Assembly: GCA_018062815.1 (NCBI GenBank)
Contig: JAGORM010000003.1
Coordinates: forward strand, 5,378-69,377
Direction: 5' to 3'
DNA: 64,000 bases
From: Candidatus Levyibacteriota bacterium
GTDB lineage: Bacteria; Patescibacteriota; Microgenomatia; Levybacterales; GWA1-39-11
Both the position numbers and the translations under genes were made by a program. Below, in pieces: positions 54,845-62,956 of the stretch (its first letter is position 1; every line of letters begins with the position of its first letter). The notes under the pieces were generated by a model, which saw only the letters and a program-made list of their open reading frames with translations, had not been told where the DNA came from and did no database searches.

Positions 54845-56272
54845 TTAATGGCTGCATTGAAGGGGCGTAGAAGATGAAAAACCTGACCACTGAGGAGATC
54901 CTAGTGGGGTTGAGGAAACGTTTGTGTATGAGTAGCGTGCATAATAAGTAGTGTTGTTGTTGAAAGTAGTAGTTATTGTATTTGATTGATTTGCTGTGTT
55001 AACAAGATTGTTGCTTCCGCTCGTATTTCCTACCTGATACCAATATGATTGTGCTCCCGGAATTGATTGAAAAGTAATTGTAACGTTCCATGTGTTTTGG
55101 TTTGGTCCTCCGTTGTATGTTTGACAAGATACAGATATTGGCCCACCAGGCGCGGAAAGTGATATCGTGGAGTTTAGCGTGAAAATGACATTTGAAGATG
55201 GAGCAGCAATTGTTATAGGAGATGAGGTTGCGATATCCGTATCAGTTCCATCTGCATTGTGTTGTTTTAATACTGCAATTAATGTGTACCATGTTCCATT
55301 TTGGGCACTTCCCCAACTCCATGTCGCTCCATCCATGGGGGAGACGTTATTTACGGCAACCTGATAGGATGGGTTGCTTTGGGTTTGTTGGAAGATTACT
55401 ATTCTGGAATTTGCAGGTACTGCACCATTTAAGTTTATACCTCCTGAAATAGCTGAACCTTGGGAGGTAGGAGTAGGTGTGGTAACTGTTGTTTGAGTTG
55501 AAGGAGTAGGCGTAGGAGTAATTGGAGGCTGAGAAGAAGAATTTATGGTCAATTCTTCATTTGATGCGGGAGCTGTGAGCGTTAAAATATTTGACGTTCC
55601 AATAACCGTTCCGTTAGAGGATAAAAGGATGCCTTCAACTTCATATGTGATACCGCTTATGGCAGTTGTATAGTTCATAAATTGACGGGATGCTGCAGGA
55701 AGATTCTGTGTAACTGTTGTAAATTGTTGTGCGCCAAGCTTTCTCCCTTTGATTGTAATAGTTGCACCATTTGGGATATACCCATTTACTGTGATATTTC
55801 CTGAAATAATTGAATTTGGTGTATGCTTTTCTGATTCAATGTTTACAGTAAGAGTTTCATCATCAGCAGGAGCAGTTACAACAAGTACGTCTGATGATGC
55901 AACTATGTTTTGCCCTACCACAACTTGTGCTTGTATTTCATATTCCGAGTTTTCTTGCGCATTATTAAAGCTCCAAGGAGACTGGTCTGCAACCGGTAAA
56001 TTTGAAGCAAATATTTTTTGAGTTGTACCTGTTTTCCCAATTTGTTTTTGGGTAAGTGTTATAGATGCCCCTTCCGGAATGGTACCGTTTATATTAAATT
56101 TCCCGCTTATGGATGCGGTTTTTATTTCAGTCTTTACATTTTGCTGAGATGTAGCCTTATAAAGAAGTAATCCTACTGTTCCCAGGAGAAGAACAATAAT
56201 TCCTATAAGGAGAATAACGAAGATTTTTATTCTCATATAATAAGCGTAGCATGGCACATTACGAGAATGCAA
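54845..56272 (-). CDS. surface protein with three ~95-aa tandem repeats and Thr/Pro linker
   Basis: N-terminal TM anchor. Repeats begin 'ISGKFNINGTIPEGASITL', 'ISGNITVNGYIPNGATITI', 'ISGGINLNGAVPANSRIVI'. Linker 'PPITPTPTPSTQTTVTTPTPTSQ'. Confidence 0.5.
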   Translation of the reverse strand: MHSRNVPCYAYYMRIKIFVILLIGIIVLLLGTVGLLLYKATSQQNVKTEIKTASISGKFNINGTIPEGASITLTQKQIGKTGTTQKIFASNLPVADQSPWSFNNAQENSEYEIQAQVVVGQNIVASSDVLVVTAPADDETLTVNIESEKHTPNSIISGNITVNGYIPNGATITIKGRKLGAQQFTTVTQNLPAASRQFMNYTTAISGITYEVEGILLSSNGTVIGTSNILTLTAPASNEELTINSSSQPPITPTPTPSTQTTVTTPTPTSQGSAISGGINLNGAVPANSRIVIFQQTQSNPSYQVAVNNVSPMDGATWSWGSAQNGTWYTLIAVLKQHNADGTDTDIATSSPITIAAPSSNVIFTLNSTISLSAPGGPISVSCQTYNGGPNQNTWNVTITFQSIPGAQSYWYQVGNTSGSNNLVNTANQSNTITTTFNNNTTYYARYSYTNVSSTPLGSPQWSGFSSSTPLQCSH

Positions 56273-56280
56273 GAGGACGG

Positions 56281-56835
56281 TTAGACTAGGTATTCTTTTT
56301 TTACTTCTTTGGAATAATCTTTTAATAGTTTTTGAATTTTAGGTGTGATTATATAGCTACAGTATCCTTGGTTCTGGCTGCCTTCATAGTAGTTTTGGTG
56401 TTCTTCTTCAGCGGGGTAAAACCTTTCAAATGGGACTATTTCAGTTATGATGGGATCTTTATATTTCCCCTCATCTGAGACTTCCTGTATTACCTTCTCA
56501 GCGATTTGTTCTTGAAGTGCGTTGTGATAAAAGATTGCGGACCTGTACTGAGTTCCTTCATCATTTCCTTGTCTGTTCATTGTGGTGGGGTCGTGTAGAT
56601 GTAAAAATATTTCTAAAATTTTTTCATATGAAATAATTGAAGGATCAAATTCAATCTGAACTGCCTCAGCGTGTCCTGTTGCGCCAGTTGTTACCTGTTC
56701 ATATGAGGGATTCTCTCTCATGCCTCCTGAGTACCCTGAAGTGACTTGCTCAACCCCTTTCAGGCGTTTAAATATGGCCTCAGTACACCAAAAACATCCA
56801 CCGGCAAGCGTAGCAGTTTCTAGGGTATTACTCAT
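56281..56835 (-). CDS. msrA: peptide-methionine (S)-S-oxide reductase
   Basis: Active site 'GGCFWCTEA', 'RQGNDEGTQYRSAIF'. Confidence 0.9.
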   Translation of the reverse strand: MSNTLETATLAGGCFWCTEAIFKRLKGVEQVTSGYSGGMRENPSYEQVTTGATGHAEAVQIEFDPSIISYEKILEIFLHLHDPTTMNRQGNDEGTQYRSAIFYHNALQEQIAEKVIQEVSDEGKYKDPIITEIVPFERFYPAEEEHQNYYEGSQNQGYCSYIITPKIQKLLKDYSKEVKKEYLV

Positions 56836-56869
56836 GAGCTAATTCTAGCATATTTGATATAATATATTA

Positions 56870-57283
56870 GTGAACATGTTTAAGCCGGTAAAGGCAAAAT
56901 CTATCAGTGAATATATTGCGCTAATTAAAGAACCCCGAAAAAGTCAAATTATAGAGCTTGATTCTATCATTCAAAAAACCGTCCCTTTCTTAAAGCCAGT
57001 TTTTGCATCTAATATGTTAGGATATGGTATTTTTCACTATAAAACTAAATCCGGTAGGGAAGGAGATTGGCCAGTATTATCTCTTGCATCTCAAAAGAAC
57101 TACATTTCAGTATATGTGTGTTCAGTTACAAACGGAAAATATATTGCAGAAGAATACAAAGACAAATTAGGAAAAGTATCAGTTGGAAAATCCTGCATCA
57201 GATTTAAAAAAATAGAGGATATAGATCTTGAAGTTTTTAAAAAAGTACTCACTGAAGCAGCAAAATCTCCCGGTTTTGAGTAA
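56870..57283 (+). CDS. DUF1801 family protein (third paralog)
   Basis: 'ISEYIALIKEPRKSQIIELDSIIQKTVP...GYGIFHYK...GKSCIRFKKIEDIDLEVFKKVL'. Confidence 0.55.
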   Translation: MNMFKPVKAKSISEYIALIKEPRKSQIIELDSIIQKTVPFLKPVFASNMLGYGIFHYKTKSGREGDWPVLSLASQKNYISVYVCSVTNGKYIAEEYKDKLGKVSVGKSCIRFKKIEDIDLEVFKKVLTEAAKSPGFE

Positions 57284-57370
57284 ACATCTTGAAAATGGAC
57301 TGTAAAGATAACCTTTCCATTGCTCATTAATATTAAGTTATTAGTACGTCAAGACCTAAACGGTACCTGC

Positions 57371-57871
57371 CTATTTAGTAGATGTTTTGCGAGGGTGTTT
57401 GTGTTTTGTTTCATGACTAAAGTTTTTTGACAAAATGCTTATGTTCCCATCTACTTCAAACACGGCAAGATCAACGTCTTGGATATTTTTCACGCCATGT
57501 TCGCGAACTACAGCCTCCAATTCATCCATAGTGATTTTGGCTTTAGCCATATGATCAACTATTGGTTTTCCATGATAGACAAGCATAAGTGGGTCACCCT
57601 GAAAGAACTCGCTGATTCTTTTTGATTTGTAGAAGACATTTTTTAACAGATAATTTACGACAAAAAGTGAAAGAGCAGCAATTATTCCACCAAGCACTGA
57701 CGTATCATTCCCTATCATGGCGCTTTGTACTGCGTTTGAGATAAGAAGAATAAATACAAGATCAGTAATAGAAAGTTGAGTGAGTTCTTTTTTCCCAAAC
57801 ACCCGAAGGCCAATTATTATGACAAGGTATATGACAGCTGTTCTTAAAATTATTTCAAAAAAAGGGTTCAT
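57371..57871 (-). CDS. DUF421 (YetF-like) membrane protein
   Basis: 'IILRTAVIYLVIIIGLRVFGKKELTQLSITDLVFILLISNAVQSAMIG'. Confidence 0.65.
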   Translation of the reverse strand: MNPFFEIILRTAVIYLVIIIGLRVFGKKELTQLSITDLVFILLISNAVQSAMIGNDTSVLGGIIAALSLFVVNYLLKNVFYKSKRISEFFQGDPLMLVYHGKPIVDHMAKAKITMDELEAVVREHGVKNIQDVDLAVFEVDGNISILSKNFSHETKHKHPRKTSTK

Positions 57872-57891
57872 ATATATAAAGGATAAACTGT

Positions 57892-58035
57892 TTATTCACA
57901 GCAAGGATCTTTGAATCCGCAATTATTGCATGTTGAATCGCGTCCGCCAGGGAATGCACCGATTATCTCATTACATTTTGGGCATTCTTGAAGCGGAAAC
58001 CCTAATATGCTTACATCTTGTCGTGCATTATTCAT
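57892..58035 (-). CDS. small Cys-rich zinc-ribbon-like peptide
   Basis: Not in the ORF track (47 aa): 'MNNARQDVSILGFPLQECPKCNEIIGAFPGGRDSTCNNCGFKDPCCE', i.e. C-x2-C...C-x2-C...CC. Confidence 0.35.
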   Translation of the reverse strand: MNNARQDVSILGFPLQECPKCNEIIGAFPGGRDSTCNNCGFKDPCCE

Positions 58036-58144
58036 AGACTTTAATAGTAGTAATTTGTGAAAGAAATTGCAATGTGTGTTGCTTTATGCACGTTCATTTG
58101 TTATCCTACTTGTTGCAGTTTGAGTAAAAAAGGCAGATTTATAT

Positions 58145-58855
58145 ATGGGAAACGGAAAAGAAAAAATAGTCCTTTCAGTAGGGGGATCTCTCTTGGTACC
58201 TGATGGGGGAGTTTCTATTGATTTTCTCAAGCAATTAAACAACTTTATAAGATTAGAGCTGGCGAATGATCCAAACCGCCAGTTTTTTTTGGTTGTCGGG
58301 GGAGGTACTATTGCAAGAAAATATAGAGATGCGGGACGGGATGTAGTAGGACATGAATTAACGGCTGATGACTTAGATTGGCTTGGGATTCACGCAACTA
58401 AATTAAATGCACATCTGGTAAGAACTGTGTTTCGTGATATTGCTCACCCGTTTGTATTAAAGCATTATGAAATAATAAGAAAAGTGGAAGAGCCGGTAAT
58501 TGTTGCAGCCGGGTGGAAGCCGGGATGGTCTACTGATTTTTGCGCGACAATGATTTGTGAAGATTACAATGTAAAAACAATTCTTAATTTAACAAATATT
58601 CCTCAAGTATACACAGCAGATCCCAGAAAAGACCCCACAGCTACTCCTATTAAAGATATTACATGGACAGATTTTAGAAAGCTTGTAGGAGATAAATGGG
58701 ATCCCGGTATGAATATGCCATTTGACCCAATAGCTTCTAAAAAGGCCCAAGAATTAGGTCTTAAAGTGATTATTATTAAAGGAGAAAATTTTGAAAATAT
58801 AAAAAACGCGCTTGAAGGGCGCGAATTTTTTGGCACAACCATTGAAGGAGAATGA
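58145..58855 (+). CDS. pyrH: UMP kinase, archaeal/short type (amino-acid kinase fold)
   Basis: 'KIVLSVGGSLL', 'FFLVVGGGTIARKYRDAG', 'DWLGIHATKLNAHL'. 236 aa. Confidence 0.75.
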   Translation: MGNGKEKIVLSVGGSLLVPDGGVSIDFLKQLNNFIRLELANDPNRQFFLVVGGGTIARKYRDAGRDVVGHELTADDLDWLGIHATKLNAHLVRTVFRDIAHPFVLKHYEIIRKVEEPVIVAAGWKPGWSTDFCATMICEDYNVKTILNLTNIPQVYTADPRKDPTATPIKDITWTDFRKLVGDKWDPGMNMPFDPIASKKAQELGLKVIIIKGENFENIKNALEGREFFGTTIEGE

Positions 58856-58932
58856 TATTAATATCGCTTTTGATGTCAAAAGTTAAGCAAAACCATTTTT
58901 CAAGCAAAGTCGGGCTAATTTTCCTCGTTTTT

Positions 58933-58990
58933 GTGTCGGGTGATGTCACCCCCTCCCGCCCAAAGTCTTGACGGGGATCCCCCCTGACAC
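58933..58990 (+). ncRNA. GC-rich structured intergenic element of unknown function
   Basis: GUGUC-[GGGUG-AUGU-CACCC]-CCUC-[CCGCCCAAAGUCUUGACGGGG]-AUCCCCCCU-GACAC. Sharply GC-rich against AT-rich flanks, with nested palindromes. Confidence 0.35.
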
Positions 58991-59127
58991 ATTCACTCAG
59001 AAAATATTAACGCCCTTTATTTGCGGTTGAAAAAGCAAAGATACGCGCGTGTTTTATATGGAACCAGATTGCAATTGACTATACTAAAAAAGTTATTCAA
59101 TAGATCATATTTGTGTATAATACCCAT

Positions 59128-59991
59128 ATGGATAGATTTAACCCTGAGTCACTCAGAAAACTTTATATTCCAGCATCAAATTCTCATAAAGGACAGAACG
59201 GAAAGCTTCTTATTATTGCAGGTTCTACCTTGTTTCATGCAGCGTCACTATGGCCGTTAATGGTTGCGTCAAGAATGCTAGACATGGTGTTTTATTCCTC
59301 AGTTCCAGAGAACAATGAAATTGTTCAGAAGGCCAAGGAAGAGTTTAGGAATGGAATAGTTGTTAGACGGAATAATCTTGATTCATACGTTAAAGAAGCA
59401 GATTGTATTCTTATTGGTCCAGGATTGCCTCGGAAAGAAGGAGAAAGCACAGAAGACGATGATACAAAAGAACTCACAGAACGTTTACTTAAGGCTTACC
59501 CTGATAAGAAATGGGTGATCGACGGAGGAAGTCTTCAAGTTATTGACCCGAATATTCTTTTAAAGCTTGAGCAAATGCCAATTTTAACACCTCACCATGG
59601 AGAGTTTAAGAAGCTGTTTAATTTTCAATTACCAATTTTCAATTCTCAATCAATTATCAATGAACAATTTTCAAATGAAATACAAGAGATAGCAAATAAG
59701 TTTCGTTCGGTAATTTTACTCAAGGGAGAGGTGGATGTTATAGCATCTCCTGGGGAGGTTGTATCCGTTTCCGGAGGAAATGCAGGGATGACAAAGGGAG
59801 GGACAGGAGATGTTTTGGCTGGACTTACTGCTTCGCTATATTGTAAGAATGACGATCCGTTTTTAGTTGCCTGTGCCGCATCACATATAAATAAAAAAGC
59901 AGGAGAATCCCTTGAAAAATCTATGGGAATTTACTTTAACGCAACCGACCTCGCAAGTGAAATCCCAAAGATCATGAAAGAACTCTTATAG
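59128..59991 (+). CDS. nnr: ADP-dependent NAD(P)H-hydrate dehydratase (YjeF C-terminal domain)
   Basis: 'GQNGKLLIIAGS', 'GGNAGMTKGGTGDVLAGLTASL'. Internal ATG 59128 preferred. Confidence 0.8.
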   Translation: MDRFNPESLRKLYIPASNSHKGQNGKLLIIAGSTLFHAASLWPLMVASRMLDMVFYSSVPENNEIVQKAKEEFRNGIVVRRNNLDSYVKEADCILIGPGLPRKEGESTEDDDTKELTERLLKAYPDKKWVIDGGSLQVIDPNILLKLEQMPILTPHHGEFKKLFNFQLPIFNSQSIINEQFSNEIQEIANKFRSVILLKGEVDVIASPGEVVSVSGGNAGMTKGGTGDVLAGLTASLYCKNDDPFLVACAASHINKKAGESLEKSMGIYFNATDLASEIPKIMKELL

Positions 59992-61032
59992 CTCAATAAT
60001 TTTCAAATCCCCTTGTTTTAATATTTTTTCAGGTACAAATTCTTTGTGGGTGGTAGTAATTATGGTCTGCTGGCCCTCTAAAAAGTGATAGATCTTATCA
60101 ATATTCTCATTGTCTAACTCGGAAAATATGTCATCAAGCAGTAACACTGGAATTGCCCCTGTTCTTGCTTTCAGATATTCAATCTCAAGCAGTTTTAGCT
60201 GCAACACCGTGAGCCGTTGTTCACCCCGTGACCCATATTCTTTTACTTCATGCCTGGTGTTTGCATAAAAAAATTGAAAATCATCCCTTTGTGGTCCAAC
60301 CAGTGTCACGCCAGATGCACGTTCCTCAAAACGATATTTAAAAAGCCGCTCGACTGAGATAATACTGTGGTCATAGTGCATTTCAAAATCAAAAATTTGC
60401 TTCTGTGAGCCGTTTACATATTCCACAAACCCGCGTCTATACTCATGAATGGTTGTGCCATGTTCAATTAAGAGTTTTTCCCAGAACTCAAAATCCACTT
60501 GTTGGTATGTTTTACGGCCATTTTTCATGTCCGATAGCATCCTGTTTCTCTGTCGTAGCGCTTTTTCATAGCGGCTGAGAGCCGCTCTATATTCTTTGTG
60601 CGAATTGGAAAGGATCGAGTCTATATATCTTCTTCGCCCTCCTGGAGAGGCGGTTACAATTTCAATATCTTGAGGCGTAAAAAGGACGGTATACAGATAA
60701 TCTGAAAAGGTCCGAAGAGCACGGGGCACATCATTTACCAGATATTTTTTTGAAAGATAGTTGTTTTGAAGTGCCAAAATAGTTACAAGATTCGTTGTAT
60801 CAGTACCATCTTTCACCAGTCCCTCAATTCTGGCAAATTCATAGCCATTTTCTATCATATCTGCGTCACGTGCTGCCCTAAAAGAAGTTCCATGGGACAG
60901 AACATATAGCGCCTCTAAAATGTTGGATTTTCCCGCAGTATTTCTTCCAATAATAATGGTTGTGGGGCCAAATTCAAACGTTTTTTTGTGATGGCTTCGA
61001 AACTGCTTGAGTGTTATTTTTGTAACGATCAT
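59986..61032 (-). CDS. recF: DNA replication and repair protein RecF
   Basis: 'ITLKQFRSHHKKTFEFGPTTIIIGRNTAGKSNILEAL', signature region 'LSDMKNGRK', C-terminal D-loop. Confidence 0.9.
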   Translation of the reverse strand: MIVTKITLKQFRSHHKKTFEFGPTTIIIGRNTAGKSNILEALYVLSHGTSFRAARDADMIENGYEFARIEGLVKDGTDTTNLVTILALQNNYLSKKYLVNDVPRALRTFSDYLYTVLFTPQDIEIVTASPGGRRRYIDSILSNSHKEYRAALSRYEKALRQRNRMLSDMKNGRKTYQQVDFEFWEKLLIEHGTTIHEYRRGFVEYVNGSQKQIFDFEMHYDHSIISVERLFKYRFEERASGVTLVGPQRDDFQFFYANTRHEVKEYGSRGEQRLTVLQLKLLEIEYLKARTGAIPVLLLDDIFSELDNENIDKIYHFLEGQQTIITTTHKEFVPEKILKQGDLKIIEL

Positions 61033-61343
61033 TTGCCTGACTTATTGTCGAGTCTTTGTAGAATTTTTGAAAGCTGGTATGTTATGAAAACTGCAAGAGA
61101 GGTTACAATAAGTGCGTAAACAAGAAGGGACACAAGACTTCCATTGGGGAAATACGGCTTGATATACGTGTTTACTGCTTCTTGAATGAGTGAATTCCAG
61201 GCAAGAGCTGCCACTAGACCAAATCCGGCTGTGGCAAGTGTTAGAAATTGTCGAACTAACTCAATGTGAAGACGTTTTTGTTTTGGGGTTTCTTTCTTCT
61301 CAGCCATGTATTGTATAATACAATAAGCCAATTCAAAAGGCAA
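61029..61343 (-). CDS. small 2-TM membrane protein
   Basis: 104 aa. Overlaps recF by 4 nt. Confidence 0.4.
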   Translation of the reverse strand: MPFELAYCIIQYMAEKKETPKQKRLHIELVRQFLTLATAGFGLVAALAWNSLIQEAVNTYIKPYFPNGSLVSLLVYALIVTSLAVFITYQLSKILQRLDNKSGK

Positions 61344-61358
61344 AAAAAGCTTAATAAA

Positions 61359-62390
61359 ATGTATTTACCCACTTTTTCAATCACAAATTCCATTCTTAAA
61401 AACATAGGCAGCATAGAGGCAGCACGTGAAGTTATAGAAAATGCGCCGCTATTGCCCTATTGGGAGAAAAAATTTCAAGACGAGGCAGTTATAAGAACCG
61501 TTCATTACGGTACGCATATAGAAGGAAATGAGTTGTCCTTAGTACAGGTTCAAAAGATTTTAGACGGAGAAAAGATCGTGGCAAGAAGTCGAGATGTTCA
61601 GGAGGTTATAAATTATAGGCGCGTAGTGGAGTATATGGGAAGAACCATGGGCAAGAGAATTGATGAGGATGTCATAAAACAATTACATAAAATAGTGGTA
61701 GCAAATATTTTGCCTATGGATAAGATGGGGGACTATAGAGATCGCGATGTGGTTATTAAAAATTCAATTACGGGAGAAGTTTCTTTCCGGCCACCAAAAA
61801 CAATTGAAGTGCCATGGCAAATAAAAGAACTTGTACAGTTTATAGAGGAAGAACATGAGATGCATCCTGTGCTAAAGGCAGGAATAGTTCATTATGAATT
61901 TGTGAGAATCCATCCATTTCTGGATGGGAACGGGCGTGTAGGACGTGCACTTTCAACACTTGTTTTATTTCAGGAAGGGTATGATACAAGACAATTCTTT
62001 TCGCTTGAGGAGCATTTTGATAACAACGCACAAGAGTACTATAACGCCCTCCAAAGCGTTGAAAAAGAAAAGGGAGACCAGACGTTATGGCTTACTTATT
62101 TTACAGAATGCCTTGCGCTGGAGCTTTCCAAAATAAAAATCAAAGTGGAAGGAATTTCTACAGATGTTACGCTTAGGAAAAAGCTAGGCGGTCCTGTAAT
62201 GTTATCGGATAGGCAACTTAAAATAATTGAATATATAAAGGCAAATGGATATATTGAGAACAAAATGTATGCAACTCTTTTTTCAATGGTTTCAGAGGAT
62301 ACGGTGCTGCGTGAAGTGGCTGATTTAGTGAAAAAGGGGATTTTAAAGAAAAAAGGGGTTACAAAAGGTGTAAAATACGTAATGAAGTAA
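61359..62390 (+). CDS. fic: Fic-family protein (Fic/DOC fold plus C-terminal winged helix)
   Basis: Fic motif 'HPFLDGNGRVGRAL' (HPFx[DE]GNGR). C-terminal wHTH. Internal ATG 61359 preferred. Confidence 0.85.
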   Translation: MYLPTFSITNSILKNIGSIEAAREVIENAPLLPYWEKKFQDEAVIRTVHYGTHIEGNELSLVQVQKILDGEKIVARSRDVQEVINYRRVVEYMGRTMGKRIDEDVIKQLHKIVVANILPMDKMGDYRDRDVVIKNSITGEVSFRPPKTIEVPWQIKELVQFIEEEHEMHPVLKAGIVHYEFVRIHPFLDGNGRVGRALSTLVLFQEGYDTRQFFSLEEHFDNNAQEYYNALQSVEKEKGDQTLWLTYFTECLALELSKIKIKVEGISTDVTLRKKLGGPVMLSDRQLKIIEYIKANGYIENKMYATLFSMVSEDTVLREVADLVKKGILKKKGVTKGVKYVMK

Positions 62391-62392
62391 CT

Positions 62393-62956
62393 ATGGATAA
62401 TAAGCATGAGCTATTAAATATACACTCTAGACAAGAAATGTCTCCTCATGACAGAAAGACTCTTTTAACAGTTGTAGAGCATGGTGTAATTGGGAGTGGC
62501 GTTTCAGTAATGATTCATGGAAAAGAGAAAAAAATAGTAGATCAGGTAAAAAGTTTAGAAGGTGATTCTATGTTAATAGATGAAGCATACTTTGAAGATT
62601 CAAATGCGCTTCTTACACCAATAAGCCTTTTGTCTCAAGGAGGGAAAGAAAGAAAAGAAGTAATTGGTGGTCGTGCTGGGAAAAAAGTGGGAGGGAATAT
62701 TGTTATGTATGGCGTTTCAGGAGTTTTGGCAAGCATGCAAGGTGTTGAGATGGGTATGATCCCTCAGGATATGGGAGAGAATAATACAGTTCCGGAGATC
62801 CATGTCTACTTTTCAAGGGAAGGAAGGCAAATTCAGCCATCTGAGATTGGCGCAGATGGGTGGGAGCTAACTCCAAGTTTTAAAAAGATTCTTAACCTTG
62901 TGATGATTGATCCGAGTGGCACAATGATATATACGGCAACACCAGTTTCCAAATGA
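62393..62956 (+). CDS. hypothetical Gly-rich protein immediately downstream of fic
   Basis: 187 aa. Starts 3 nt after the fic stop, and its last codons overlap the start of the ligase gene. Confidence 0.35.
   Translation: MDNKHELLNIHSRQEMSPHDRKTLLTVVEHGVIGSGVSVMIHGKEKKIVDQVKSLEGDSMLIDEAYFEDSNALLTPISLLSQGGKERKEVIGGRAGKKVGGNIVMYGVSGVLASMQGVEMGMIPQDMGENNTVPEIHVYFSREGRQIQPSEIGADGWELTPSFKKILNLVMIDPSGTMIYTATPVSK

Noticed and set aside
58905-58916. AAAGUCGGGCU resembling the RNase P RNA CR-I segment (GGAAAGUCCGGGCU)
   Set aside because: The spacer is only about 270 nt and lacks the other universally conserved RNase P RNA blocks (P4 ACAGAA, GGUGAAA). Likely chance.
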